Origin: an uncultured Bacteroidales bacterium
GTDB taxonomy: Bacteria > Bacteroidota > Bacteroidia > Bacteroidales > WCHB1-69
Assembly (NCBI GenBank): GCA_905233745.1
Contig: CAJODA010000004.1
Coordinates: forward strand, 1-62,700
Reading direction: 5' to 3'
DNA: 62,700 nt
The position numbers and the translations under genes were made by a program. This document shows positions 45,837-54,799 of this stretch, piece by piece. Numbering within the stretch: position 1 is the first letter of the stretch; every line of letters begins with the position of its first letter. Below the pieces are notes generated by a model. It did not search any database, was not told the origin of the DNA, and saw only the letters and a program-made list of their open reading frames with translations.

Positions 45837-47354
45837 TTAGTGGGTGATAGCGGAAATCGGAACGATACTGCCGGAATTATTACCATGACGGGTGGAAACG
45901 AGACCCACCAGATAGTACTTGCCATTTTGCTTGTAGAACACAGGGCCACCGCTATTGCCGTTTTCATAGTTGGCACCGGTCACTGGAATCACACCGTGAA
46001 GCAGACCCGTGTTGGAGGTGGTGGCATATGTGTATTGCGGACGGATGTCGTTCTTGTCGCCGCCTCTTCCGTATGGGAATCCTAACACTTCCAGACGGGC
46101 ACCGGCAGGAAGGTTCTTCGACAACTGGGCATCGGCCACAATGTTGCTGTGTACATTAACCTTGCGATAAGCATAGTCGCTGCCATTGGCAAGATAAATG
46201 GAAAGGCCGTCGCCAAGTTCAACCTTCTTGTCATTCTTACGGCTCACATTGAAGTCGGTGTAGTGGAAGACGCGTTGGTCACCAGTTTTGCTTTCAGCCA
46301 CGATGGTGGCATCGATGATGGCGCCCAGCTGTGACAAGACGTTGGCCACGGTGAAGGTGTTTCCTTCGTCAATGTTGGCCCAGTAAGCCCAAGGTTCCAC
46401 CACGTGACGGGCGGTGATGAAATAGCCGTCGCTGGTGATAAAACCAGTGGCTAACGGGGTCTCGTCACCCACAAAATAGTACTCCCACGGATCGTCGCCG
46501 ATGATATCGTAGGCATCAGAGCTCTTGGGTGCAGAGATGGTGAACTTTGTCATCTTCACGAAATACACATAGGGTTCGAAAGATGTAAGATTGCCAGACA
46601 ATGGAACATCCGCCGGTCTGCTGGGTGTTGCCGGAACAATATTACTGCTTGAAGTACGACTACCACTTTTTCTAAAGCCATCGATAATCTTGCGAAGGCC
46701 AGAAATTTCTTCTTGTGCAGCCTTTGTCTGTTCAACTGCATTCTTTGATTGTTCAATTGCGGCAGCAGCTTCCCCTTTGGCTAATCTCGTCTCCTTGTTG
46801 GCCATTAGCAAGCCTGCGACGAGTCCTGCAATGGCAAGACAGAAGATGATGCATATGGTAACCAAGGCGGTCTTGTAGGGTCTCAGAGCCTGCTGGCGGA
46901 AGAGATTGAGACGGGCGGTCATGCCGATGGACTTCACAAAAGACTGTTCGCCTTGCGGGACGATGAAGCCGAGGCGCGGGCCGTTGTAGGAGAGTTGGAT
47001 TTCATCTCCGTTTTGCAGCATCTGCTCACCCATCACACGCTGACCGTTCACGAACGTGTCATTAGTGCTGCTGCGATGGATAAGTTTCCATTGGTCGCCT
47101 TCGCGGACAATGACGGCGTGCTCACGGCTCACCGTGCCGAACTGCTCGTCAATGAGCACCTGGCACTTCTTGTCGCGCCCGATGAACACCTCATCAATAA
47201 TGAGCTTCTGCTGCTCACCACGGCGGTGTGTTGCCGAGTCATCCTTGTGTTCAATGATAAAATAGCGTCTGCCGTCTCCGCCGAATACGGAGCGCATGCC
47301 GGAATTGATGGTTCCGGAAACCGTTCTTTTGAATTGAGTAGTTTGATTTGCCAT
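45837..47354 (-). CDS. FHA-TM-coiled coil-trypsin-like serine protease
   Basis: FHA IGR...VSREHA...NDTFVNG; TM; TARH, DYA, GNSGGP catalytic triad. Confidence 0.92.
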   Translation of the reverse strand: MANQTTQFKRTVSGTINSGMRSVFGGDGRRYFIIEHKDDSATHRRGEQQKLIIDEVFIGRDKKCQVLIDEQFGTVSREHAVIVREGDQWKLIHRSSTNDTFVNGQRVMGEQMLQNGDEIQLSYNGPRLGFIVPQGEQSFVKSIGMTARLNLFRQQALRPYKTALVTICIIFCLAIAGLVAGLLMANKETRLAKGEAAAAIEQSKNAVEQTKAAQEEISGLRKIIDGFRKSGSRTSSSNIVPATPSRPADVPLSGNLTSFEPYVYFVKMTKFTISAPKSSDAYDIIGDDPWEYYFVGDETPLATGFITSDGYFITARHVVEPWAYWANIDEGNTFTVANVLSQLGAIIDATIVAESKTGDQRVFHYTDFNVSRKNDKKVELGDGLSIYLANGSDYAYRKVNVHSNIVADAQLSKNLPAGARLEVLGFPYGRGGDKNDIRPQYTYATTSNTGLLHGVIPVTGANYENGNSGGPVFYKQNGKYYLVGLVSTRHGNNSGSIVPISAITH

Positions 47355-47403
47355 AATGGAAAAGTTAAGTTGTTAATATTGAGAAATGAATTGTTCATTT
47401 TTA

Positions 47404-48693
47404 TCAAATGCCCTCCACACGTAGTTTCACCTCACCGATAGAGATAATGTCGCCAGCTTTCAGCTCCACACCTTCAAGTCCATGAAGTTCCCTCGAATTG
47501 ACATACGTGCCGTTGAGCGAGTTCTCCCACTTTCCGTCATAGAACTGGCCATCGCGCAAGTACCAGCTATTCTGCACAGGGTTGAACTCCAGCGTGAAGT
47601 GCCTGCGAGAAATGTAGCTTGTATTAAAGTCCTTTATACTAATGTTGTTGCTGATATATTTGCTGTAGCGGCCGCCTGTTACCAAATAAATGTCATCTTG
47701 CAAGAAATCGTTGAGATTATAACGCTTGCCATGTTCCTCGCCCTGCATCACTTTCAGCACCAAACCCTTGCTGATGTTGGTACTGAAATCCAGTACCGGT
47801 GTCATCACACGCGGTTGCTCCTGTTGGTTAGGAATATGCGCCAGCACTTCATCCACACTTTGATAGCGTTTCTCATAATTGGGTTCAAGACACCCGTTCA
47901 GAACAGTCTCCCAATGGCTCAGATGTGGTTTCATGCGCAACTTGTCACGATTCCAGCGCCCGCTCACCGCCTTGTCGATATATGGCTCCAAGTCCGCCTC
48001 ACTCTCCAACCTTCCATAAGGCAATTCGTGGAAAAGTATTTCATACAGAACCACGCCAAATGAAAAGATGTCAGTAGTGGGAAGCACCGTGGCTTTTGCC
48101 TTTTTAGGACGTGTCTGCTCGGGTGCCATGTAGGCAAACGTGCCGAAGATATCCACTTTATTGAAAAGTTTTTTCCAAAACGGGATATCGGCGATGGCAC
48201 CGGTAGTGCCGAAATCAGACAGGGCCACCTTGCCGTCGCTCTTCACCAGAATATTTTCAGGCTTGAGATCGCGGTGGACCTTGCCACTGCGGTGCAAAGC
48301 CTGCAAACCGTATAAGATTTGGCAGGCAATACGTTCATAATTAGGTGAGACATTCTCCACAAGGTTATATAGGTTACCTTTTTGACAGAATTCCATCACA
48401 ATATATGGATTACCCATCACAATATCGTACTCGATAGAATGGACCAAATAGGGGCTGTCAATGCGGCCAGTCTCAAATTCCATCTTGAAACGCTGGACCA
48501 ATTCGGCCCTTTCCTCGCCGGTGCGTTTCCATAATGGCAAAATCTTCAGCGCGTATGGCTGATTACGGGCATCCAACACTTTGAACACCATCCCAAAGCT
48601 TCCCTCTCCCAACGTCTTCTCCACGCGGTAGCGTCCGTTGACGTATTCACCAGCCTTGAAATCGCATTTTTCAGCAAAGTAGTTTTCAGCCAT
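47404..48693 (-). CDS. Soluble RD-type Ser/Thr kinase with C-terminal FHA domain
   Basis: GEGSFG, ALK, HRDLKPEN, DFG, GTFAYMAPE; FHA GGR...ISRRH...SLNGTYVN. Confidence 0.93.
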   Translation of the reverse strand: MAENYFAEKCDFKAGEYVNGRYRVEKTLGEGSFGMVFKVLDARNQPYALKILPLWKRTGEERAELVQRFKMEFETGRIDSPYLVHSIEYDIVMGNPYIVMEFCQKGNLYNLVENVSPNYERIACQILYGLQALHRSGKVHRDLKPENILVKSDGKVALSDFGTTGAIADIPFWKKLFNKVDIFGTFAYMAPEQTRPKKAKATVLPTTDIFSFGVVLYEILFHELPYGRLESEADLEPYIDKAVSGRWNRDKLRMKPHLSHWETVLNGCLEPNYEKRYQSVDEVLAHIPNQQEQPRVMTPVLDFSTNISKGLVLKVMQGEEHGKRYNLNDFLQDDIYLVTGGRYSKYISNNISIKDFNTSYISRRHFTLEFNPVQNSWYLRDGQFYDGKWENSLNGTYVNSRELHGLEGVELKAGDIISIGEVKLRVEGI

Positions 48694-48704
48694 ACCAAAA
48701 AAAA

Positions 48705-49556
48705 TTATTTAGTTGAAAATTCGAAATCACGATCACCCATAGACACAATATCACCGTCATGAAGCTCTGTCCGGCGGGTCACCCGGATATAGGTGCTCTT
48801 GAAGGCGCTGCGGTCCTCAATGTACCATTTGCCGTCCTCAAAAGTGAGCAATGCCTGCTGCTGCGAGGTGATAGTGAAATTGTCAGGCTCAGTGTTCTGG
48901 CGGTTCAGGACAACTTCAGCAGAGGAATACTCCTGTTTCACCATTCTCGCTGCGGGCTCATTTTCGTGCGGTACAGGCTGAAGGGAGCAATGTGGAGGCA
49001 GTTCAGGCTCGGTCATCTTTGCCCTTGGATTCTGCATCTGGTGGATATTGACCGTTTTCTTGTTAACAGCTTCTTCTTGATTCGTGGCGGGCACAAAACG
49101 CTCTGTCTTCTTGGCGGCAGAGATATTCTGATCGGGTGCAACATAACGTTCCGTCTTTTTGGGAACTGTCGCATCTCTGTCAGGTGCCACGTATGGTTGG
49201 GTGACCTTAGGGCCAACCGGTTGTTGCTGGAGATTCGGATTGCTGATAACAACAGTCTTCTTTCCCCCTCCATCTTGCATTTGAGGAGGTGTACTGTTCC
49301 CTATCGGACGATGGCATTTCGGACATACCTGCATTCCCGGAAGAATGGGATAGCCGCAGTCGTGCACAGTCACACCGCCACCCTTGGGTTCCTCCGGACG
49401 GGTTTCCATTCGCATTGTTTTTTTGTCGTCATCCACGACAGGAGCTGCAGATGATACCGCAGCAGCCGCTTTACGGTTCTCTTTTAAAGGTGAGCCGCAC
49501 CGGCTACAAAATGTAGCATCATCGGCATTGTTCAGTCCACAAAATTTACATATCAT
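48705..49556 (-). CDS. Zinc-ribbon + Thr-motif linker + FHA protein
   Basis: CKFC/CSRC and HDC/CPKC Zn pairs; FHA LNR...ITSQQQA...STYI...GDIVSMG. Confidence 0.88.
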   Translation of the reverse strand: MICKFCGLNNADDATFCSRCGSPLKENRKAAAAVSSAAPVVDDDKKTMRMETRPEEPKGGGVTVHDCGYPILPGMQVCPKCHRPIGNSTPPQMQDGGGKKTVVISNPNLQQQPVGPKVTQPYVAPDRDATVPKKTERYVAPDQNISAAKKTERFVPATNQEEAVNKKTVNIHQMQNPRAKMTEPELPPHCSLQPVPHENEPAARMVKQEYSSAEVVLNRQNTEPDNFTITSQQQALLTFEDGKWYIEDRSAFKSTYIRVTRRTELHDGDIVSMGDRDFEFSTK

Positions 49557-49562
49557 AATCGT

Positions 49563-50138
49563 TTATTTTACTATCAAGTTATTAGTCAAATACCTATTCG
49601 TACCCATCCGCTCATTTGCAGTGACAACTTCCATCTGACTGTTGTCACCGTACAAGTAACAGGTACGCCATGTTTTTTCCGCCTCAACAGCGTAATAGAA
49701 AGGCAGGAACAACGTTCTCCCATAATCACGATAATACTGTTCATCGCCGAACCAGTAGACGGTAATGGGTTTCAAAGGCTGGAATTTTTGATTCTCAGAA
49801 GTGTACAGAGGTTGAAAAGTGCGACATAGCATATCCTTCTCGGAAGCTGCGAGCACCGAACAACGGTCAATGTAATCAAGTAGTCCCTTAGCCTCATCCC
49901 ACGCCGACCTGTCGGTGATTTTTACCGCATCGAACACCTTGCCATCCTTGTTCACACCACCGCGGATATAAATCACAAAATCGCTTACCTTATTATTATT
50001 AAGGGCATCGTCTATCACATTTGCTATATAGGTGCCATCTGTGTGGTCGCCAAGATTGATACAGAAGAAATAGAAGTCTTGCGCCCGCGACACAAAACCC
50101 GCCAACAATACCACTATAAATATCATTGCCTTTCGCAT
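49563..50138 (-). CDS. Secreted hypothetical alpha/beta protein
   Basis: MRKAMIFIVVLLAGFVSRA-Q signal peptide; tight operon spacing. Confidence 0.75.
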   Translation of the reverse strand: MRKAMIFIVVLLAGFVSRAQDFYFFCINLGDHTDGTYIANVIDDALNNNKVSDFVIYIRGGVNKDGKVFDAVKITDRSAWDEAKGLLDYIDRCSVLAASEKDMLCRTFQPLYTSENQKFQPLKPITVYWFGDEQYYRDYGRTLFLPFYYAVEAEKTWRTCYLYGDNSQMEVVTANERMGTNRYLTNNLIVK

Positions 50139-50151
50139 ATTCCTTCTGTAT

Positions 50152-51717
50152 TTAAAAATTGTACTTTACACCGAGTTGAAAATCCAGAAACTGGGTTGGC
50201 TGAGTCCAAAGGTTCCGGCAAACGGAGTTGAAATCAGCCGAATTAGCCGAAAGACGGAAACCACCATGTTGTTCAGCCGGTTTTGTGAGAATACGATAAC
50301 GGTACCCGGCTGAAAAATCCAGTGACCATCGTTTATCGGAAGTGATGAAATATTGGGCACCTATTCTTGCAAGAGCATCAACATGCCAACGATGAGTCCT
50401 CATTACATTTTCAGAAAGGTTAACCACATCAAACGTGCCGAAATCATAATATCCGTTCTGATCAATCAGCACGTTGTAATATTCTTCGCCATACAGACCT
50501 GCATAATGCCCGTTGAACGATGCTTTTGCAGGAGAGATAAAAGCCATTGCACCACGAAGGCCCACAGCCGCGAAAACCGACAGACTGGGAATCACATAAT
50601 AGTCATAACGGACAATGGCAGGAATTGCAAACGAAATACTGCGGCCTGCCTCATCATATCCCAACAATTGCGTCTTTCGCGTATATCTGGCGCCATCCGT
50701 GTCGATTGTATCATATTGGTCCACATAGGTATCCGCTGAAAAATGTTGAACGCCGATATCAAGTACCAGACCTGTCTCAAAGGAAACCCTATGCCGGCCT
50801 TTCGCAAAAATCTGGCGCAAGTAGGTTGCACCGACTCGGAAAGTATGGCTTCTGTATGCAATATTTTCGAAAGTGTAGTCAGCGTCCGACGGAACCTCGA
50901 TATTTCCCATGCTTAAAGGCATGACATATCCGAATTCCAAACCAACGGCGTTTTTCACTGTGTTGACGGAAATCGTATGATAGCGAAGCGTGTCGTTATG
51001 AGGGGTGAACTCATATTGGAATGTGGCACAGTTCTGTTTGGAAAGTTGTTTGTACATCTCTGCCGACAACGGCTGGACACGACTGTCCAAATAGGTTTCA
51101 CCACCTCCTACTTCCTTCACTTTCAAAGTTTTAGGAATATATAGTGTATGGGTATTATTCTCATAGTTGGCCAAAATATGCGGTTTCATCCGGTTGTCGG
51201 CACGGTTACACTCTATACGGACAATCTTCGCCGCCTTACGAACAAAACTGTAATCTATGACTAATACCAGACGGCTGACCACAGGGGTGGTATCTGTAAT
51301 AGTATTATATTCTTTGGTCAGCACCGCAGTATAGATTCCCCCAATGTCCGAAAGACTCTGACGGTCAATTTGCACGTCCTTGATGTCGAACTGTCGGAAT
51401 GTTCCCTGCTGCTGCTCATAGAAAGCACAATAGTTGGACAGTGTGACCGAATCTTTTCGGTTCGAATTGTTATACCAATCAATGTGGTCCATATAGACCG
51501 TAGTGTTCTGACTCTCGAAAAGGTTGCGAAAAGCGCCTATTTTCTGAGCATAACGTTCCGTAAGGTTCGCATTATCCACATAGGCATCTACCAATTCAAA
51601 CACCTTTTGATTGGCATACATCACGTCACGAACCGTTTGAGCCATACAGCCGGATGTAGCAAATAACCCACACACCAAAATAGATAATATGACATTTTTC
51701 ATATTCATTGCTGGCAT
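50152..51717 (-). CDS. Outer-membrane protein: N-terminal soluble domain + C-terminal beta-barrel
   Basis: Signal peptide; amphipathic strands; FQLGVKYNF C-terminal beta-signal. Confidence 0.8.
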   Translation of the reverse strand: MPAMNMKNVILSILVCGLFATSGCMAQTVRDVMYANQKVFELVDAYVDNANLTERYAQKIGAFRNLFESQNTTVYMDHIDWYNNSNRKDSVTLSNYCAFYEQQQGTFRQFDIKDVQIDRQSLSDIGGIYTAVLTKEYNTITDTTPVVSRLVLVIDYSFVRKAAKIVRIECNRADNRMKPHILANYENNTHTLYIPKTLKVKEVGGGETYLDSRVQPLSAEMYKQLSKQNCATFQYEFTPHNDTLRYHTISVNTVKNAVGLEFGYVMPLSMGNIEVPSDADYTFENIAYRSHTFRVGATYLRQIFAKGRHRVSFETGLVLDIGVQHFSADTYVDQYDTIDTDGARYTRKTQLLGYDEAGRSISFAIPAIVRYDYYVIPSLSVFAAVGLRGAMAFISPAKASFNGHYAGLYGEEYYNVLIDQNGYYDFGTFDVVNLSENVMRTHRWHVDALARIGAQYFITSDKRWSLDFSAGYRYRILTKPAEQHGGFRLSANSADFNSVCRNLWTQPTQFLDFQLGVKYNF

Positions 51718-51782
51718 AATATTTTAGTGGTGTGTCGTTTGTTACCGACCTGTATAGTCAAAAGGTAGATTAGTACTTGTGT

Positions 51783-52373
51783 TTATACCAAATTAGAGAA
51801 GCCCATGAAGGCCATGGCCAGAATGCCGGCGGTGATGAGGGCGATTGGCACACCCTTCATGCCTTTGGGAATGTCAACCAGCTCCATCTGTTCGCGGAGA
51901 CCGGCGAAAATCACAATGGCCAACGTGAAACCGATGGCGATGGCCACTGAATAGAAAGTGCTGTCGAGAATAGAGAACCCGTGGGCAGCGATCAACGGTT
52001 GCTCCGTCACCTTGATGGCAATACCCAACACAGCACAGTTCGTGGTAATGAGGGGCAAATAGACACCAAGAGCCCTATAGAGTGAGGGGCTCATCTTCTT
52101 CAGCATGATTTCCACCATCTGGACCAAAGAGGCGATCACCAAGATAAACACGATGGTCTGCAGGAAGGTGATGTTGAGCGGTACCAGAACATACTTCTGC
52201 AATGAAGAGGTCACCAAAGTGGCCAATGCCATGACAAAGGTGACAGCAGCACCCATGCCAAGAGCGGTGTTCACCTTACTGGAGACGCCCAAAAAGGGAC
52301 ATATACCGAGGAACTGCACCAAAATGATATTGTTGACCAATACAGCTCCGATTATCATCAATATGTATTCCAT
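51783..52373 (-). CDS. rnfA: Rnf/Rsx electron transport complex subunit A
   Basis: QFLGICPFLGVS, LPLITTNCAVLG. Confidence 0.95.
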   Translation of the reverse strand: MEYILMIIGAVLVNNIILVQFLGICPFLGVSSKVNTALGMGAAVTFVMALATLVTSSLQKYVLVPLNITFLQTIVFILVIASLVQMVEIMLKKMSPSLYRALGVYLPLITTNCAVLGIAIKVTEQPLIAAHGFSILDSTFYSVAIAIGFTLAIVIFAGLREQMELVDIPKGMKGVPIALITAGILAMAFMGFSNLV

Positions 52374-52401
52374 AATTTCAGTTTTTTACAGATTGGTTTT
52401 T

Positions 52402-52429
52402 GTTGAGACGCACGGCCGCGCGTCTTTAC
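52402..52429. repeat. Degenerate REP-like palindrome between rnfE and rnfA
   Basis: GTTGAGACGCACGGCCGCGCGTCTTTAC, same 28-nt layout as 23961-23988. Confidence 0.65.
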
Positions 52430-52433
52430 CGTA

Positions 52434-53057
52434 TTATTTTGCGGCGCACATTTTGTCCTTGCGTTTATCCTCCACACGGTTGATGATATGGCGCATCAGG
52501 GCCATGATGAAGCCGAGCACGAGGAATGCACCGGGCGCGAGGACGAAAATCAGGATATTGTACTGTGACGGGATAAACTGCCAGCCCATGAAGGAGCCTG
52601 CACCGAGAATTTCGCGCACAGCGGCCACCAAAATCAAGGAGATGGTGAAACCGATACCCATTCCAAGACCATCGAGGATAGAGTCAAACACGCTGTTCTT
52701 GTTGGCGAAGGCCTCGGCACGTCCGAGCACGATACAGTTGACCACAATCAGCGGGATGAAGACGCCAAGGCTCTCGGAGAGCGCGGGCAGAAAACCCTTG
52801 ATGATCAAATCAACCATACTCACGAAGGTGGCGATAATAACGATATAGCACGGAATACGCACCTTATCGGGAATCACATTCTTCAGCAGGGAGATGATAA
52901 TATTGGACATAAGGAGCACGAAGGTCGTGGCGGCACCCATACCGATGGCGTTGTTCACGGAGGTGGTGACAGCCAGCGTGGGGCACATGCCGAGCACCAG
53001 GATAAGGCTCGGGTTCTCCTTGAAAAAACCTTTGGTTAAAATTTTCACTTTACTCAT
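52434..53057 (-). CDS. rnfE: Rnf/Rsx subunit E
   Basis: LGMCPTLAVT, PLIVVNCIVLGRAEAFA. Confidence 0.95.
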   Translation of the reverse strand: MSKVKILTKGFFKENPSLILVLGMCPTLAVTTSVNNAIGMGAATTFVLLMSNIIISLLKNVIPDKVRIPCYIVIIATFVSMVDLIIKGFLPALSESLGVFIPLIVVNCIVLGRAEAFANKNSVFDSILDGLGMGIGFTISLILVAAVREILGAGSFMGWQFIPSQYNILIFVLAPGAFLVLGFIMALMRHIINRVEDKRKDKMCAAK

Positions 53058-53637
53058 GATAATCCTCCTTTACTTTCATAAAAACATTATAAGCCCGTTG
53101 CACGGCATCGCAGTAAGCGCGGGAAGAGATGGTGGCTGCTGTGATGGCATCCACATCGCCGCCGTCTTTAGTCACCTGCAGCTTGTATTCTGCCGGATCG
53201 TTGTTGTTGAACTGTTTGGCGAAATCGCTCTTGTTCTTGTTGATCTTGTCACCGAGGCCAGGGGTTTCGGAAGCCTTAATAACTTCCGTATTCAGGATAA
53301 CGCCCTCGTTGTCAAAGCCCACCATCAGATCGAAGCGACCGGAGAAGGCCTTCATGGTGAAGGTTTCCACACCGGCGCCAAAGAGTTTGCCGTTCTTGTC
53401 GACAGCCTTGTGGACGAGAATGTCATCGCCTTCGAAGTTAACCACGGTATCCACGATTGTGCCGTCGAATCCGGGCAGCACATCACTGAGCGCTTTCTCT
53501 TTCTTCTGTTTCTGTGACAGTTCAATAGGTCCTTTGGTCAGTGCATACACGCCAGTCAGAGCCAGGCCGGCCACCAAGGCGATGGAAGTCAGCACGACCA
53601 CCAATATAATCAATGAAGGTTCTTTTTTCTGTGCCAT
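53050..53637 (-). CDS. rnfG: Rnf/Rsx subunit G
   Basis: ETPGLG, DAITAATISS FMN-binding motif. Confidence 0.93.
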   Translation of the reverse strand: MAQKKEPSLIILVVVLTSIALVAGLALTGVYALTKGPIELSQKQKKEKALSDVLPGFDGTIVDTVVNFEGDDILVHKAVDKNGKLFGAGVETFTMKAFSGRFDLMVGFDNEGVILNTEVIKASETPGLGDKINKNKSDFAKQFNNNDPAEYKLQVTKDGGDVDAITAATISSRAYCDAVQRAYNVFMKVKEDYHE

Positions 53638-53655
53638 AGTTTTCGGTTTTAAGGA

Positions 53656-54612
53656 TTATTTGGCGAAAGTTCTCGGTTTGCACATCCTGTTAATCAGGGG
53701 TACGAAGGCGTTCATGATCAGAATCGAGAAGGAGACACCTTCGGGGTAGGCGCCGAACATACGGATGATGATGGTGAAGAGACCGCAGCCGCAGCCGAAC
53801 ACAAGCATACCCAACGGGGTCACCGGGGAGGTCACCATATCCGTAGCCATGAAGCATGCGCCAAGGACAAGTCCGCCGGCGAGCACATGGAAGAAGGGGT
53901 TGGCATATTGGTTAGGATCGATGAGCCAGAAGATTCCGGCGAACACGAACACGGTAAGGATGAACGAAACGGGGATATGCCAGCTGATCACTTTGCGGAT
54001 CATCAGGAAGATGGCGCCGATAATCAGGGCGATGGCGGACACTTCGCCAAAGCTGCCGCCCATCTGGCCCAGCAACATGTTCATATAGGTGGGCATTTCC
54101 ACATTGGCGCCCTCCTTGAGGATACCCAGCGGGGTAGGACCCGTGACGGCATCCGCAAAGCCCCATACCGGAACAGGCACTGGCCAGGAGGTCATGGCCA
54201 CCGGGAAGGCGATGAGCAGGAACACGCGGGCCACCAGTGCCGGGTTGAACGGGTTATGCCCCAGACCGCCGAACGGCATCTTGGCAATGCCAATGGCCAC
54301 AATGGCACCCACCACCATCATCCAGATGGGCAGGTTGGAGGGAACGTTGAAGGCAAGCAGCACACCCGTCACCACCGCGGAGCCGTCGCTGACAGTAGGC
54401 TTCACCTTCATGAGGAAACGCTGGATGAGGTACTCAAACAGCACACAGCATCCAACGGACACCAAAGTTAGAATTATCACCGGCAGCCCGAAATAGAAGA
54501 CGGACACCACAAAAGCCGGTATCAACGCAATCACCACCGACCACATGATCTTCTGTACGGAGTCGTCACTGTGGACGTGCGGTGAACCGGAAACATTTAA
54601 CAATCTGTTCAT
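53656..54612 (-). CDS. rnfD: Rnf/Rsx subunit D
   Basis: SPH, FGGLGHNPFNPAL, DAVTGPTPL, MATDMVTSP, YPEGVSF. Confidence 0.95.
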   Translation of the reverse strand: MNRLLNVSGSPHVHSDDSVQKIMWSVVIALIPAFVVSVFYFGLPVIILTLVSVGCCVLFEYLIQRFLMKVKPTVSDGSAVVTGVLLAFNVPSNLPIWMMVVGAIVAIGIAKMPFGGLGHNPFNPALVARVFLLIAFPVAMTSWPVPVPVWGFADAVTGPTPLGILKEGANVEMPTYMNMLLGQMGGSFGEVSAIALIIGAIFLMIRKVISWHIPVSFILTVFVFAGIFWLIDPNQYANPFFHVLAGGLVLGACFMATDMVTSPVTPLGMLVFGCGCGLFTIIIRMFGAYPEGVSFSILIMNAFVPLINRMCKPRTFAK

Positions 54613-54799
54613 TCTTTCTCTATTTTATTAGGAGGCGCAAAAACTGCGCCCGCATTTGTTTCTATGCAAAAATACTCTTCGTCAGAAAACCTGCAAAAAT
54701 ACACTTTTTTAATTTAAAATAAAAGATAAAAAATATAAAATATATTATTGTTTATCTTCAATACATTTTTGTATCTTTGCAGGCTAAAATTTTCTTGAA

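Noticed and set aside
39523-51782. Kinase block as a mobile element or T6SS
   Set aside because: No integrase, transposase, att or terminal repeats, and no Hcp/VgrG/Tss genes recognised
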